The position numbers and the translations under genes were made by a program. This document shows, piece by piece, positions 22,101-29,808 of a DNA stretch of 64,000 nt (within the stretch, counting starts at the first letter, position 1; each line of letters begins with the position of its first letter). Source of the stretch: an uncultured Candidatus Saccharibacteria bacterium (lineage in GTDB: Bacteria; Patescibacteriota; WWE3; UBA101185; 2-01-FULL-41-18). Location of the stretch: assembly GCA_964636285.1 (NCBI GenBank), contig CAZWQF010000004.1, positions 67,666 to 131,665 of the forward strand, read 5' to 3'. The notes beneath the pieces were generated by a model. The model made no database searches. It was not told where the DNA came from and saw only the letters and a program-made list of their open reading frames with translations.

Positions 22101-25100
22101 AGAGTGTAACCTGCACCCCTTCGCCTGTTCCTGCGTTCCCTACCTGAACTGTATCAACATTTCCGGTTGCAAGCTGGTCAAGATTTATCAGGTAGCCAGA
22201 GTCAGTGCCGGAAGCTGCTGGGTTTCTAAAGACAAGAGAATCATCATCTGACGAAAGAGTAATGACAGTTTCTGAACCGTCAGGATCATTTGAGTAACCT
22301 TGCTGTAATGTTGTTGAAGCGCCTGAAATGTTATTCCACGAACCGCTGTACCAAACTTTAACCTGGTTATCGTCAGTATCAAAAGCCAAAAAACCATCTC
22401 CACTTGAAGGCCCACTTGCCAAAGCAGCCTGCGGAAGCTTAAATCCAGAAATTGCATTAGTAGCGTGCGAAATAGCCGAAAGATCAAAAAATCCTGTTGA
22501 GCTTGTAAGGGATAAAACTGCTCCTGTTCCTGCAAGTGTTTGGTTGCCATCAAACCTAACCGAACCATCCACCTCTAATGTGCCTTCAATATAGCCATCC
22601 TCACCATCAAGTGAAACAGTTGGTGAGCCGTTACCAACTTTAAGATTTCCAGTCAGAACATTGAATAAATCAGTCGCAGCACCTGTTGTTAAATCAAGTG
22701 AGTTTGTATCAACCAAAAATGTTGCGTCAGTGCCTGCGCTTGAATCAAATGTCCAGGTAAAGTCGCTGTTAGCTCCAAACGTAGTTGTTCCAATCTCTGT
22801 AGTGTCAAGATTGATTGTAAGTGTGTCTGTGTTTGATGTAACCGTGTCTATCCCATTCGATCCACCCAAAATATTTGCCGAGTTACCGCTTGAAATTGTC
22901 TGGTTTGTTCCACCCGCGTCGCTTGCAAGAGTCCATGACTGGTAGTTATCAAATGTACTCGAAAGGGCTGTTGCGGCGTCAGTTGTAGTAATTCCTGTTA
23001 AATGACCGTATGTATCAAGAGTGATGTCCTGTATAAAACTTGTCCCCGAATTATCAACGCTTGTTTGTGCAGATGTGTCGTCGTGGTCAATTGTTAAAGT
23101 GTTTGTTAGTGCTGTATATGCTGATGTAAGGGCGTTTCCTCCTGAAATCACTAATGAATCGCCAGATGCAATTGATTCGGATACGGTTCCATCTGAAACT
23201 GTCCATCCTGAGTATCCACCTCCACCTATCTGAATGAATGATGTTCCGTTGTATACATAAAGGGCATCTCCTGAGGTATCGTAAACAACATCTCCTTCAA
23301 CTGTCCCTGTAACTCCTGCTGGAGCTCCTGCGTTTGTAGGGAGATTAAGGCCTACGTTGTTGTTGTGAGGAGCTGTTTCAATTCTTCCGTCTGTAGTAAT
23401 AGAACCAATGTTTGTTAAATCTCCTGTGGCTGAGATATCCCAATCGGATGTATTAACTTCCATAGTGTCCCCACCATCTCCAAGGATTACGCTTCCTCCT
23501 GGAGTTAGAGTGAATGCTCCAGTTGTTGTAAAGGTTGTTGAAGCTCCATCAAATGCTATGTTTGTATCGGCTATGGAGAGATCACCGTTGGAATCTAGAG
23601 TTCCGTTTGCGTTTAAAGTGCTAGTCACTGTTGCAGTACCGTCAAAATTTGCGGACACATTAATGTCTAAAACATCTGCATAAATATTATCCCAGGGCAA
23701 AGACGAACCTCCAAGATCATTTGTCCCTACAGTACCCACTGGGATAACATCAGAATCTTGGGCTACTCTGGCAGTTATTGTAACAATATCGCTAGTAGCG
23801 TTACCTAGTGTCGTATTACCGTTTGCTGTCAGATCAGCTGTTGCAGTGATATTAGAGGTAGCTGTGATTGAGCCAGCAGCCACAACATCCCCACTATTTG
23901 AAATTGTAAGAGAATCAGTCCCATCATACTGCTCAAACACTACAAGACCTGCTGTTTGCCCATTCACACCTTGGACTAAAAATTGAATTTGGTCAGCATC
24001 CCCATCAATTGAGAATTTTGATGACGAAAGTGGGGAGCTTCCACCAAGCACTAACTCATCTGTTGTGTCTGTTAAGTAAACAGTGCTTCCAGAATCTGTC
24101 CACTTTGAACCTCCTGCTCCGCCTGAACAGTTTCCAGAGCTTAAGCAAACGGTGCCTGTTTCGGCTGGCAGTGTAATAGTTGCATCTGCCAAAGCATCTT
24201 CTGAAGTTAATATAACTTCATAGTCATCTGCAGTCACACCCTCAAAATATAATGTATGTCCTTGAGTGCCATCAAAAGCTGCGCCGGAACCAATATTTCC
24301 AACCGCAGTAATATCTCCAACCCCTCCAATACCTGAAGGTGCTGTACATGTCCATGCTCCACCGCCTCCTGATACCCACATGAGTACTTCGGAGTCATTA
24401 CATCCTCCAAGTAGTCTTAGTCCTGATGCATCTGTTTCCAAACCTGAGTTTGATGACGCATTGAGAGTTACTCCTGTTGTGGTCGTATCAAGATCAATTT
24501 GATCAGATCCTGCGGTAAGTCCATTGCCAACTCCAACGGCTAAGGTTGCTGCTCCCCCTTCGCTTGATACATCTCCCGTTAAACCATTTCCTGCCGTGAT
24601 TGAAGCAACATAGTTACCTGTTGTATCTGTTCCAAGTGCTACTGCGTCTGCTGAGATAGTTAAGTTTCCATTCGTACTGTTGATAGTTGCATCCCCTCCT
24701 AATGTTCTAAAGATAGGAGCTGTGGAAGATACACCTACTAGAATCTGACCGTCTGTGCCGGCGGTTGTAGCACCAATTGCTGAAGCTCCATTTCCATAAA
24801 GTATTCCATTTGAGGTTAAGGTTGTTGCTCCTGTTCCACCATTCCCAACTCCAAGCGTTCCAGTAATGTCTGAGCTCGCAAGACCTACAGCACTTGCAGA
24901 TAAAGTTCCAGAGTTGGATTTAACAACACCAGTTCCTAACCCGCTAACAACAAGGCTTCCAAAAGTTCCAGAACCTGTAACAGAAACATCCCCAGAAAAA
25001 GAAACGTCCCCTGTTGAATCTACTACTAAGTATCCTGTAGACCCTGCATTGTTCGTGACACTAAAAACATTGGCACCGCCTGAAGGAGCTTGAGCAACCG

Positions 25101-26346
25101 AAAGACCAGTTACGTTTCCTGCAGTAGGCGTGATTACTTGATTAGTTGCAGGATCCATTAGAACACATGTAGGGCAGCTTCCACTTCCGGCGCTATTCCA
25201 TACTGGATTTCCTCCTGAAACGGTGAGAATCTGACCTGCAGTTCCTATTGGGAGTCTTGAAAGAGTGTTTGCAGAAGATGCATAAAGAATGTCCCCAGTT
25301 ACATAAGAGGTTAGGCCTGTGCCTCCAACTGTTGTACCCACAACTCCGCTGTTCACTGCATTTCCAGAAACACTTGCGCTAGAAGATAGTGTGATCTCAT
25401 CAGCAACATCAGCGTCTGTTATACAACTTGCGCAACCTCCATTGCTCCTAACGTCAGCAAGGTCAAGATTTTCAACGCTACTCAAATCAGCAGATATTGT
25501 TAACCCGTCTATTTGGATATTATCTCCAGCTTCTAGTTCAACATCGCCTTCCTCCCCCTGAAATGTTTTAACGCCCTCTGTTAAATCCCCTGAAAACGAA
25601 ATTGTAGGCGTCTGACCGGCAGTGATTGCCACATTTGTCCCAGCTACTAAACCGTAGATAACATTAGCAGCCGTTATACGACCAGTGCCAAGATTTAAAT
25701 TATACGAATCAGCATCTATATTTCCGTTAATCTCGACTTCGCCATCTAAAAGTGTTTTTCCTTTTACACTTAACCCCTGCTCAACACTAAGCCCAGCATT
25801 AAAATAAGCTGGTATCTGAAACGAAACTTTACCAAGTACTGCGTCCTCAGCAGTGCCTAGAATTGCATAATTGCCTTCAGTAAAGCCCTCAAGCTGAGCA
25901 GTCTCTTTACCAAGAAAAGCGTTTAGAAGCTGAAATGAACCAATGAACCCACTGATAAGTAGCACAAACATCCCAACGATATAAGCGTAAACAGCTCTTT
26001 TTGTAACACTTGTAAAGATTGATTTGGCGTTCCTGCCTGTTGAGATATAAGAGACTAGGTCTTCGTTTTTCTTTGGGTCATACTTGTCTAAGTACTCCTT
26101 GAACAAAGCGCTTTGCCCCGCTCTCTTTTTTGCTATATCAAATTTTCTCTCGACTGAATTTTGGGATAAATAAGATTTAAGTTTTTCTACCTCGGGTTTT
26201 TCGTAAAATCTATATCCAGACGCTCCATCCCTTTTAGACACAATTAAGCCCTCGGCTTCATACCTCCTAAGTGAGGATTTTGAAACTCCAAGAAACTCGG
26301 AGGCATCTTTAATTGATAACAGGTCTTGAGCAGGTACTTCGGGCAT
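10165..26346 (-). CDS. Giant (about 5,390 aa) surface fibre/adhesin-like protein: N-terminal MerR-type HTH, one TM helix, repetitive S/T/G/N-rich beta region, and a C-terminal peptidase-G2-like/chaperone-like domain
   Basis: HTH: LLSIKDASEFLGVSKSSLRRYEAEGLI...GYRFY. TM: AVYAYIVGMFVLLISGFIGSF. C-terminal domain: SDISEMY...GDVV...GRVPVKI...GRAIE. Start moved to Met25 because a promoter overlaps the ORF-track start. Confidence 0.85.
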   Translation of the reverse strand: MPEVPAQDLLSIKDASEFLGVSKSSLRRYEAEGLIVSKRDGASGYRFYEKPEVEKLKSYLSQNSVERKFDIAKKRAGQSALFKEYLDKYDPKKNEDLVSYISTGRNAKSIFTSVTKRAVYAYIVGMFVLLISGFIGSFQLLNAFLGKETAQLEGFTEGNYAILGTAEDAVLGKVSFQIPAYFNAGLSVEQGLSVKGKTLLDGEVEINGNIDADSYNLNLGTGRITAANVIYGLVAGTNVAITAGQTPTISFSGDLTEGVKTFQGEEGDVELEAGDNIQIDGLTISADLSSVENLDLADVRSNGGCASCITDADVADEITLSSSASVSGNAVNSGVVGTTVGGTGLTSYVTGDILYASSANTLSRLPIGTAGQILTVSGGNPVWNSAGSGSCPTCVLMDPATNQVITPTAGNVTGLSVAQAPSGGANVFSVTNNAGSTGYLVVDSTGDVSFSGDVSVTGSGTFGSLVVSGLGTGVVKSNSGTLSASAVGLASSDITGTLGVGNGGTGATTLTSNGILYGNGASAIGATTAGTDGQILVGVSSTAPIFRTLGGDATINSTNGNLTISADAVALGTDTTGNYVASITAGNGLTGDVSSEGGAATLAVGVGNGLTAGSDQIDLDTTTTGVTLNASSNSGLETDASGLRLLGGCNDSEVLMWVSGGGGAWTCTAPSGIGGVGDITAVGNIGSGAAFDGTQGHTLYFEGVTADDYEVILTSEDALADATITLPAETGTVCLSSGNCSGGAGGSKWTDSGSTVYLTDTTDELVLGGSSPLSSSKFSIDGDADQIQFLVQGVNGQTAGLVVFEQYDGTDSLTISNSGDVVAAGSITATSNITATADLTANGNTTLGNATSDIVTITARVAQDSDVIPVGTVGTNDLGGSSLPWDNIYADVLDINVSANFDGTATVTSTLNANGTLDSNGDLSIADTNIAFDGASTTFTTTGAFTLTPGGSVILGDGGDTMEVNTSDWDISATGDLTNIGSITTDGRIETAPHNNNVGLNLPTNAGAPAGVTGTVEGDVVYDTSGDALYVYNGTSFIQIGGGGYSGWTVSDGTVSESIASGDSLVISGGNALTSAYTALTNTLTIDHDDTSAQTSVDNSGTSFIQDITLDTYGHLTGITTTDAATALSSTFDNYQSWTLASDAGGTNQTISSGNSANILGGSNGIDTVTSNTDTLTINLDTTEIGTTTFGANSDFTWTFDSSAGTDATFLVDTNSLDLTTGAATDLFNVLTGNLKVGNGSPTVSLDGEDGYIEGTLEVDGSVRFDGNQTLAGTGAVLSLTSSTGFFDLSAISHATNAISGFKLPQAALASGPSSGDGFLAFDTDDNQVKVWYSGSWNNISGASTTLQQGYSNDPDGSETVITLSSDDDSLVFRNPAASGTDSGYLINLDQLATGNVDTVQVGNAGTGEGVQVTLSNASGTRTNGILIDQTGAGTTTNAINITETAGAITTGINIGGGLSTAVNIVTGSTIGINLNANTIENIGNAGTDFDSSGGLTIAGTTTANGTLTANGTLDANGVFTLGDGGDTGAIDTSDWDISATGDLTNIGSITTDGRIETAGHNNGVGLNIPTNAGAPVGVTGSAAGDLVWDTSGGVLYVYNGATFTPVAGGAYSAWALSGDSGSDQTISANDTAEFTGGVGIDTATSLTDTLTLTFDSTEIGTTTWGTTSDFVWTFGTSAATDTTLGFDSNSTDLTLGATADIFNVLTGNIKLGNGTPDNALDGEDAYIEGNLEVDGWAEFTGNAYFGGVAENIPNAAVVTVAGSLEDTTNWQNSLLVDTSVWPSGISNEKYIGIKSNLYTTLTADRLSGAEMQSMEAGIYYDPAVVATLGTATGLMTKIWSANSDATITNAFGVVIETPDSTGTIVNNYGLRIKDQGVSTTDKYNIYSDGSGYHFFEGQTGIGAGADAPSNQLEVRSVTSPQFRVAYDSSNYVTEGVASNGAVTFDAAGAGASFTFSDGVTVSSTLVTTGALTANGTLDSNGDLSIADTNIAFDGASTTFTTTGAFTLTPGGSVILGDGGDTMEVNTSDWDISATGDLTNIGSITTDGRIETAPHNNNVGLNLPTNAGAPAGVTGTVEGDVVYDTSGDALYVYNGTSFIQIGGGGYSGWTVDSSDDAETRLIASGATVLFNGGTNGIDVDVSGVADQLTINLDTTEIGTTTFGSEAGITWTFNASAGVDSTFAFGDNTLNITTGTTTLTGDAVVTGGDLDITGVTASNGLDLTTANSDSFSVRVANTGVAGEAHTTLEASDGDFIIKTQTGSLLIKDDRNTNGVYQAVVDDELFIFGESVQDASVYFGADTSYPNISSSSSNLILSNALESIFRSSSQVMNPGVEQSILMVDGAGSSINPASGSNIINHLYIDPINVNHTGSANYVYGINLGALPIDDLQANEYGVYIGASWDSDLVFGDTTPRIQLANASTLTLYDGTQNLLTIADNGTAATLSLPNTGFIDLSAITHGSAANQGLRLPQANSFTNPTSGEGYLAWDADDNALYAYNGSSWQNVSGASTTLQNAYDNDADGSNSILALTSADDSLILRNPAASGTDSGYLMNLDQLATGAVDALQISNAGTGEALQVSLANVAGSTTNGALIEQTGAGTITNLLNLTRTAGTVTTGLNITGTMTNGIDLNANTVVNIGNSGTDFTSTGGLTLAGDLTSNGNTTIGNASGDTLTLNAATVTVANDTDFTLTGGINGLSFDGSTFSVDASSDRIGIGTAAPDYQLDVVNSAASMARIQTTGTSDVQQAALFLENSRGTLASYGGIFYGGTGYTSFDYFGLDRADKYFVVAGGASNLGMGVGTSTSQPLVLGTNNQERIRIEGAGDVGIGTTDPNNPLEVLSTTEPQFRLAYSTGAYAIFDVTNTGRLYIDTTAAVANSIEFAKGVTASSTLTTTGQLTANGAFVANGNVNLGSDSADVITVNGLIQTDNDLIPVGTTGVSDLGSSSTPWDNLYVNTVTQNGTTLANTYAPINSNFVTVTTNGTLTGETGIDNLTTAISTTSTLNVDSSSTLNAVTLDAGANFTMTSGAGAFTQTYTGTTTDAHTITAASLTSGSAVALNGPSGGTSGVTNGLVELTTDINDTGAALLISGTVDTTTALGYGDGIRVDLTNSPSTEANAVVGVNSNVTDSTTLANFLYGVSSTVTNSATSGSKGSATSGYFGIANSGAGSITTATGVYGSLLASSGSIGTAIGVQGRVSANGTGSISTSATGILSQIANTTTMPTVYGVRMDGWSNSGTVNTSYGLYMDTSIDVGSTGRYALYSTSTSNSYLVGNVGIGTGSSGTANKLEVRSTTSPQLRVAYDSTYYLTIGSAGSGTVTFDAAGSGAGFAFNDGITMAGTIVPDGNNYYALGSPTDAWAGVYGYDFRTGDTLIIDDGIDGANLTTFTANADGSLTLDSAGSSPRFIFSDAITASTSLTLSSVTGFLDLGAVTHASSANQGFRLPQANSFTNPTSGEGYLAWDADDNALYAYDGSSWVSVNGASTTLQQAYGNDAAGSDTIVALTSADDSLIFRNPAASGTDSAYLLNIDQLATGTQDALQISNAGTGELIQLSSSHTSGTKTNGILLDQSGAGTLTNGVNITNSAGALTNAITIGSGAQTITTALNIASTGVTTDIRLQNGETIDNNTDGTITLGGDVSIDGSLSIDPGSTKYSQLIAATDNLYYEGPTSHVFRNYITGSDFSGSQFISTLTIDGPEYSINIPMDGNDSQSGIYVNPPARDHTGTGNNVYGMYVNSITADPQAVGTGLYIGSNWDYEMYFAGTTPTMRIASGETFAINDGTQNLLTIADNGAAATLSLPNTGYIDLGSITYGSTASQGLRLPQAASFSNPSTGEGYLAYDSDDDRLYMYTSSGWTDVSGASTTFQQAYSNDADGSDATVTLSGTDDSIVFTNPSSSGTDSSFMMSLTQQAAGDIDTLRLSNSGTGNEIDLTSTTPSISIADTGTLTISDNTNSLLTLTDNSNSGLLSTGDLTLGLNDSSATITTADTDEALTIQPNGVGALNLTTTTGSQVFTSAVATTGTTSSSWVFSNNSLTSGTGAYFNSSSLTTGRLMDLTTGSANTLSTGTILNVMSQSTALTTATTGGSLGYFDWSPGSSATATGDLFRINIGSNGSTSGNLFNVTDNGTSLFSVSETGITSALPHSFTAAGDVSIAYDLQFTNQTASYIKSNAPLYLEAGESFESNDLTLRTFNAGSIVSDLTGTGNFEIYPSATSRTTEPVLTLSTASYVHTAAESARYLDLAFTDASTNTTGNSSTSGIYVAPTINTSGAGTKDVSSIEAASPTITGCASGACTISSLRASTIQSGAASTLVNNGIRVSAYGISAGTLNGLNVSSITPGAGTEYGVTLGSGWDANLYSVDTTTVFKIANGGTWTFEDDAATDGNDILVLSDVSASSNHVLSGDSDTGLVLSGMTVDLSTGTNEDLAITPNGSGDIRLNSDDDSYIWAIGSTNTTGDVIRADIGSSATTGSAILATGYSNSASANTGLIESFLTALPSISNYSTNMYLSTSVDESASSSSTISGLRNTVSSTQTISGLNMYGDYTTVTNSGLVDGGSKTLYGGYYSVSASNSYNTSTTNAYAGYFSASASQGSGSGTVNSYGVYVANGTSSTNGTSTKYGLYVAGQSGADTNYSAMFDTINSTTSNAATIAIGNRASTDTNNYTTLNVRNAGTGYFNLELVKGFINMQGMNTFQDDFMGRMLDTNNWQNPTATGAATCNFTFQTAVVNGVLRHTTGTTNPGACYTSTQATLTNGFYQRQNNPVFETSVKLGTDTNGSQRAFFGLSTAVPGSGSDTLTGAHAYIGKRAADTTWQCITSDGTTESVTSTGVDISTTTFQRLRVWLQNGTTPQVICSVDGTAVSKTTNIPGATTLMDIMLKTETSDTTSENNDIDYVRTWQDDPEPSSLTQANSQPSVLDGLAGGIDMTTTSDISEMYQRDIETYAEAKPGDVVSLNDNGQITLSSIESDRKLLGVISTDSSLIVGGGKFNSAAKVAISGRVPVKISPDSDPIVPGDYLTSSTTVGMAKKATKSGIMLGRAIEFWNPGDSKDRVLMVVSTNWASPDSMMTLTDGGSLTSEAYTKAEVDAKLSDIDRTLGVSNSKDEAQAIISGVATSLNEKIDSLSGRILALESQLSALESSNSAEALSTDVREGDNLSDEFATKDQATDLQSQIDSLKATLKILTGESFEATSSSELSESSESAELSASSSVKSLQVNEFARVLGDLRVAGQSFLSDLNVAGKLTVGLLTISDADQSISSIGTLKLQSDVLAGDLDIFNGKVVISNDGAITAVKLVADSVEAEEGVINSLSIEKLNVSQVSADDNVNQNAALGSAVIKAGSKSVKVTSNKLTSKSLVFVTSKDKPLSVAYKILSDNEFEVLIDASQSSDTTINWWLIN
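20014..23611. repeat. Near-identical 415-bp intragenic duplication (20014-20428 and 23197-23611)
   Basis: Comparison by eye found only two synonymous differences near one end. A shorter third copy lies near 21670-21752. Confidence 0.9.
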
Positions 26347-26387
26347 TATATTTTTGCGCCGTTGCGCTAAAATTTGGTGATACATTG

Positions 26388-26415
26388 AGTATAGAACCGC
26401 ACCAAAAAATGTCAA
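26388..26415 (-). promoter_or_regulatory. sigma70 promoter of the giant gene
   Basis: TTGACA-16 nt-TATACT on the minus strand. Confidence 0.6.
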
Positions 26416-26579
26416 CAATTTAGTGTTATAGAATCAAGGTTTATAAATACTATGGGTACAAAATGAACTATGAAAAGTTAGGAATTTCTGAGAGGTAACT
26501 GAGATTTTTTTAAGGGTTTTTAATCTTGATGTGCGTACGGCTAGTCTCTAATTAAACATTAAACGTGGTGATTCAGGTG

Positions 26580-26915
26580 CTAGAGGCCAAAATTAGACTT
26601 CATCTTTGTTGAAATAAGCTCAACAAGCTCCGGTTCTCCTCTTACATATCTATCCGGAATACCAAAATCTACAATCTTTTTGTTCATGGGCTTAAGAAAA
26701 GGGAATTTTTGATGTAGCTTAAATGAATGCCTGTCGTGCATACCGTCCATTACAACAATAACATCCGCCCACTCTACCATCTCCTTTGTCACAATTTTCT
26801 CTGCGTCAGCATCAACTCCAGCTGATTTTACCTCTACATTGCCCCTACCTTTGTACATGTCTTCTGCTGTAGGGCTTCTATCTTTGTTTCTGGAGCAAAT
26901 AAACAGTATTTTCAC
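26580..26915 (-). CDS. Low-molecular-weight protein tyrosine phosphatase/ArsC-like protein
   Basis: ILFICSRNKDRSPTAE P-loop (CX5R), SAGV and IPD. Confidence 0.88.
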   Translation of the reverse strand: MKILFICSRNKDRSPTAEDMYKGRGNVEVKSAGVDADAEKIVTKEMVEWADVIVVMDGMHDRHSFKLHQKFPFLKPMNKKIVDFGIPDRYVRGEPELVELISTKMKSNFGL

Positions 26916-26972
26916 AATTTAAAATAGTACCAAATTGAACCTTAAAATAAAATAGCTAAAACCATGACAATC

Positions 26973-28463
26973 TTACGAACCCCTTTGTTCAGGCTGACCT
27001 CCCCGTATCTCTTTGTATTTTCCTTCGTAACTTTTAATTACTTCTTCCACTTTTTCGTTACCAAGCTCCACCCTAACCAAATCTATGGCATTTATTGCAT
27101 CATAGACGTCAGACTTGTTCTCAAGTTTGTAGTAAGCGTCACGCCAGAGAATGGCTTTTTCATACTCCCCAACTTCAGCTGCTTTTTTCTCTAGTTGTCT
27201 TATCATGTCTATGAAAGCAAGGTACACATTTTCTTTACCAGAAGTCTCAAGGGTCCTTTCCTTAAAAGGTATCCTTAGCACCCCATTTTGCTGAGATGCC
27301 ATATCTCTAATTTTTCCGCTTCTTTGCCAATCTAATGCTGTTGTAACAATCTTTTCGCAAAAATCTTGGCCTTTGTTTACCTCTTCTTGAGTTACATCAG
27401 GAATCCTTTTTAAAACCGAAAGAAGTTTGTAGGCCGCTTCGGTAATCATATCAAGTCCCCACCAAGGTTTGGCAGACGCCCACCAGTAGTGATCACTGGC
27501 AATACACTTGTCCATATCAGCTCTTATCTCAGAATATCCTGAAACAGATTCGTCTAATGCGTGTACTTTATTCAATACAAAATGTAGGAAGTCCCATTGC
27601 ATGGTATGGATTTCGTTGGCTGGATCTGACCATGACAAAAACTGAATATTACTGTCAATATCTTGCTTACTGCTTGCCCAGTTAGATGCTACTGGGCTGA
27701 TTTCCTCAACATTTGGATAAAGACCTATAAGCTCAGAGATCCCCACGAGCCTGTAAGCCTTTGAGGCAAGGATGTCCGACATAAGTTTTTCAAGGCCAGG
27801 CCTGTGGTGACCAAACGTCTCGCCATCCATAGCGGTAATAATGTAGTTTCCCGATCTAATTTCATGCTTCATCCCCTCAAACAGTGTGTCTCCTGATCTT
27901 GGGACCGCAGCCATGATTGTGTTACTGAGTCTCCTCTCCCTAAAGAATGCAAAGACATTAGAACCCTTTATCTTGTAGGTCTTTGAATAATCCACGGTAC
28001 CAACATTCCCGTCTTTGGCAATCTCATCTATTAGTAACCACTTGTACCCAAGCTCCTCAATAATTTTCTCAAGCCCAGGTTTGTAACCCATCTCAGGAGG
28101 AAAAAAGCCGACCGGTTTATAACCTTCGCCAAGAAAATATCTATTAGTGTCATAGTTTATCTTAATCTGTCTATATATTTCTTTCTCTGGTGTTAGTGGC
28201 AAGAAAGCGTGGAACTTGGCTGACCCAGTAAATTCAATTTGCCCGTTCGCGCCAAGCTCTCTCATTAAATCCAAAATGTCATGAAAACCATATTTATCTA
28301 AAAGCTCTGTCAAAGATGCGTTTATATTCAAGTTAATTTTTGCATGAGGATTTGCCTTCAAACTTGTAAGCAGTGGTCTATAGCTCTGCTTTACTACAGC
28401 CTCAATAATGTCTTTGTATTGATCCGCGGGTTGATAAATATGTAAAAAATTTGCCCAAACCAT
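26973..28463 (-). CDS. Glycoside hydrolase family 57
   Basis: HIYQP, SYRPLL, GFFPPEM, AMDGETFGHH and SDHYWW. Confidence 0.9.
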   Translation of the reverse strand: MVWANFLHIYQPADQYKDIIEAVVKQSYRPLLTSLKANPHAKINLNINASLTELLDKYGFHDILDLMRELGANGQIEFTGSAKFHAFLPLTPEKEIYRQIKINYDTNRYFLGEGYKPVGFFPPEMGYKPGLEKIIEELGYKWLLIDEIAKDGNVGTVDYSKTYKIKGSNVFAFFRERRLSNTIMAAVPRSGDTLFEGMKHEIRSGNYIITAMDGETFGHHRPGLEKLMSDILASKAYRLVGISELIGLYPNVEEISPVASNWASSKQDIDSNIQFLSWSDPANEIHTMQWDFLHFVLNKVHALDESVSGYSEIRADMDKCIASDHYWWASAKPWWGLDMITEAAYKLLSVLKRIPDVTQEEVNKGQDFCEKIVTTALDWQRSGKIRDMASQQNGVLRIPFKERTLETSGKENVYLAFIDMIRQLEKKAAEVGEYEKAILWRDAYYKLENKSDVYDAINAIDLVRVELGNEKVEEVIKSYEGKYKEIRGGQPEQRGS

Positions 28464-28491
28464 AAAAATTAGCAGGATAAAAAATTATTAA

Positions 28492-29781
28492 CTAATTGGA
28501 GGTCTTCAAAGCACCAAGAATGTTGTCCCTAAGGGTTTTAGCTTCCTTTATCACTCTTTCCTGATCTTTGGGAATTCTATCCACAACCTTCATCAAAATC
28601 TCCAAACTTCTTTTGATCATATTTAAATCATAATAAGGATTCTTGCAGGACCACCAGTACTTATCCGAATTTAAGGCTTTATCTAAAGAAACTCTGAGCT
28701 TTATCACATCTTTAACCTCATTGCTTAACTCCTGATTATTTGAAAGAAGGTTAAAATTCCAAACTGGTAGGTTATTTGCAGACTCTGGAAATGTAGCAAC
28801 CGAAGGATTGGCAAAAGCCGACTTCTCAAGCACATCCTTACAGTAATCAAGTAGCAATTTTTCAAACTGCATAAACTGCTCATGTAAAAAGTTACCCGAA
28901 ATATACCACCTAGGATATAAATTTCCCTGAGCAACATCCTCATCTGAAGCACCCCAGGAAGACTCTACAACTTTTGTTTCTTTCTTGGATCTAAATTCAT
29001 CAACAACTTCTGAGTAAGTTGCAAATGTAGAACCTTGCATCAAGACTTCGTCTACCAAATTCTCCAAAAGCTCTATACCCTCTTTGTTATGGTGCCCAAA
29101 AGTTTCTCCGTCAAGTGCTATAAAAACAAATTTGTGACCACAGGACTTAATATAGTTAAATCCTTCCATAAAGTCAGAAGGGTCTGCATCCCTCTTAAAT
29201 GCCAGTGAGAGGCTCAACGCTCTATTTCTAACAGCAAGGGCAACACTTGTTCCCTCGGCCTTGTGAATATGTGCTAGATCATAAGCAGTGCCCTTATCAA
29301 CGGCTACTTCATCCACGGCAACCCATTCGTAAGCAAGCTCATTTAGCACATTTACAACCTTGGTGCTAACAGACATTTCGGGAGGAAAAAATCCTTTAAT
29401 ACCTTTAATCATCAATGAAGGCTCCCCTTCAAACCCAGATGTCTTCCCAAGATAATAAGCAAGACCTCCTTCGTTTAAAATGATCTGCCTTTCAATCTCA
29501 GGCTCTTCAAATTTTGTTAAGATTGGGTGAAAAGCTCCTGAGCCAACAATTTCTACCCTACCTGCAGCAACAAGACTTTTAATCTCAGGCATAAATGTCT
29601 CAATTTTTTCTTTTTCAAACCATTCAAGAAGGCTGAGTGGAACATTAAGTGTAAGTTTAAGATCTTTCTTTGCTCTTAGAAGCTTTAAAAGTGGCAAGTA
29701 TGATGACTTAGCAATCTCGTGCACAACGTGCGCGTTCTGCTGAGGCGGTTGATAAAGGTGTAGGAGCAATGCAACTTTCAT
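28492..29781 (-). CDS. Glycoside hydrolase family 57 (second paralogue)
   Basis: HLYQP, SYLPLL, GFFPPEM, ALDGETFGHH and SDKYWW. Confidence 0.9.
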   Translation of the reverse strand: MKVALLLHLYQPPQQNAHVVHEIAKSSYLPLLKLLRAKKDLKLTLNVPLSLLEWFEKEKIETFMPEIKSLVAAGRVEIVGSGAFHPILTKFEEPEIERQIILNEGGLAYYLGKTSGFEGEPSLMIKGIKGFFPPEMSVSTKVVNVLNELAYEWVAVDEVAVDKGTAYDLAHIHKAEGTSVALAVRNRALSLSLAFKRDADPSDFMEGFNYIKSCGHKFVFIALDGETFGHHNKEGIELLENLVDEVLMQGSTFATYSEVVDEFRSKKETKVVESSWGASDEDVAQGNLYPRWYISGNFLHEQFMQFEKLLLDYCKDVLEKSAFANPSVATFPESANNLPVWNFNLLSNNQELSNEVKDVIKLRVSLDKALNSDKYWWSCKNPYYDLNMIKRSLEILMKVVDRIPKDQERVIKEAKTLRDNILGALKTSN

Positions 29782-29808
29782 AACGGCTTTTTTGTATCTC
29801 AGATGTAA

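Noticed and set aside
20014-23611. Diversity-generating retroelement template/variable repeat pair
   Set aside because: The copies are nearly identical and both coding, with no pattern of adenine-specific diversification, and there is no reverse transcriptase in the window.
10235-25561. Many plus-strand ORFs inside the giant gene (and similar antisense ORFs over other genes)
   Set aside because: Antisense shadows of biased, repetitive coding sequence.
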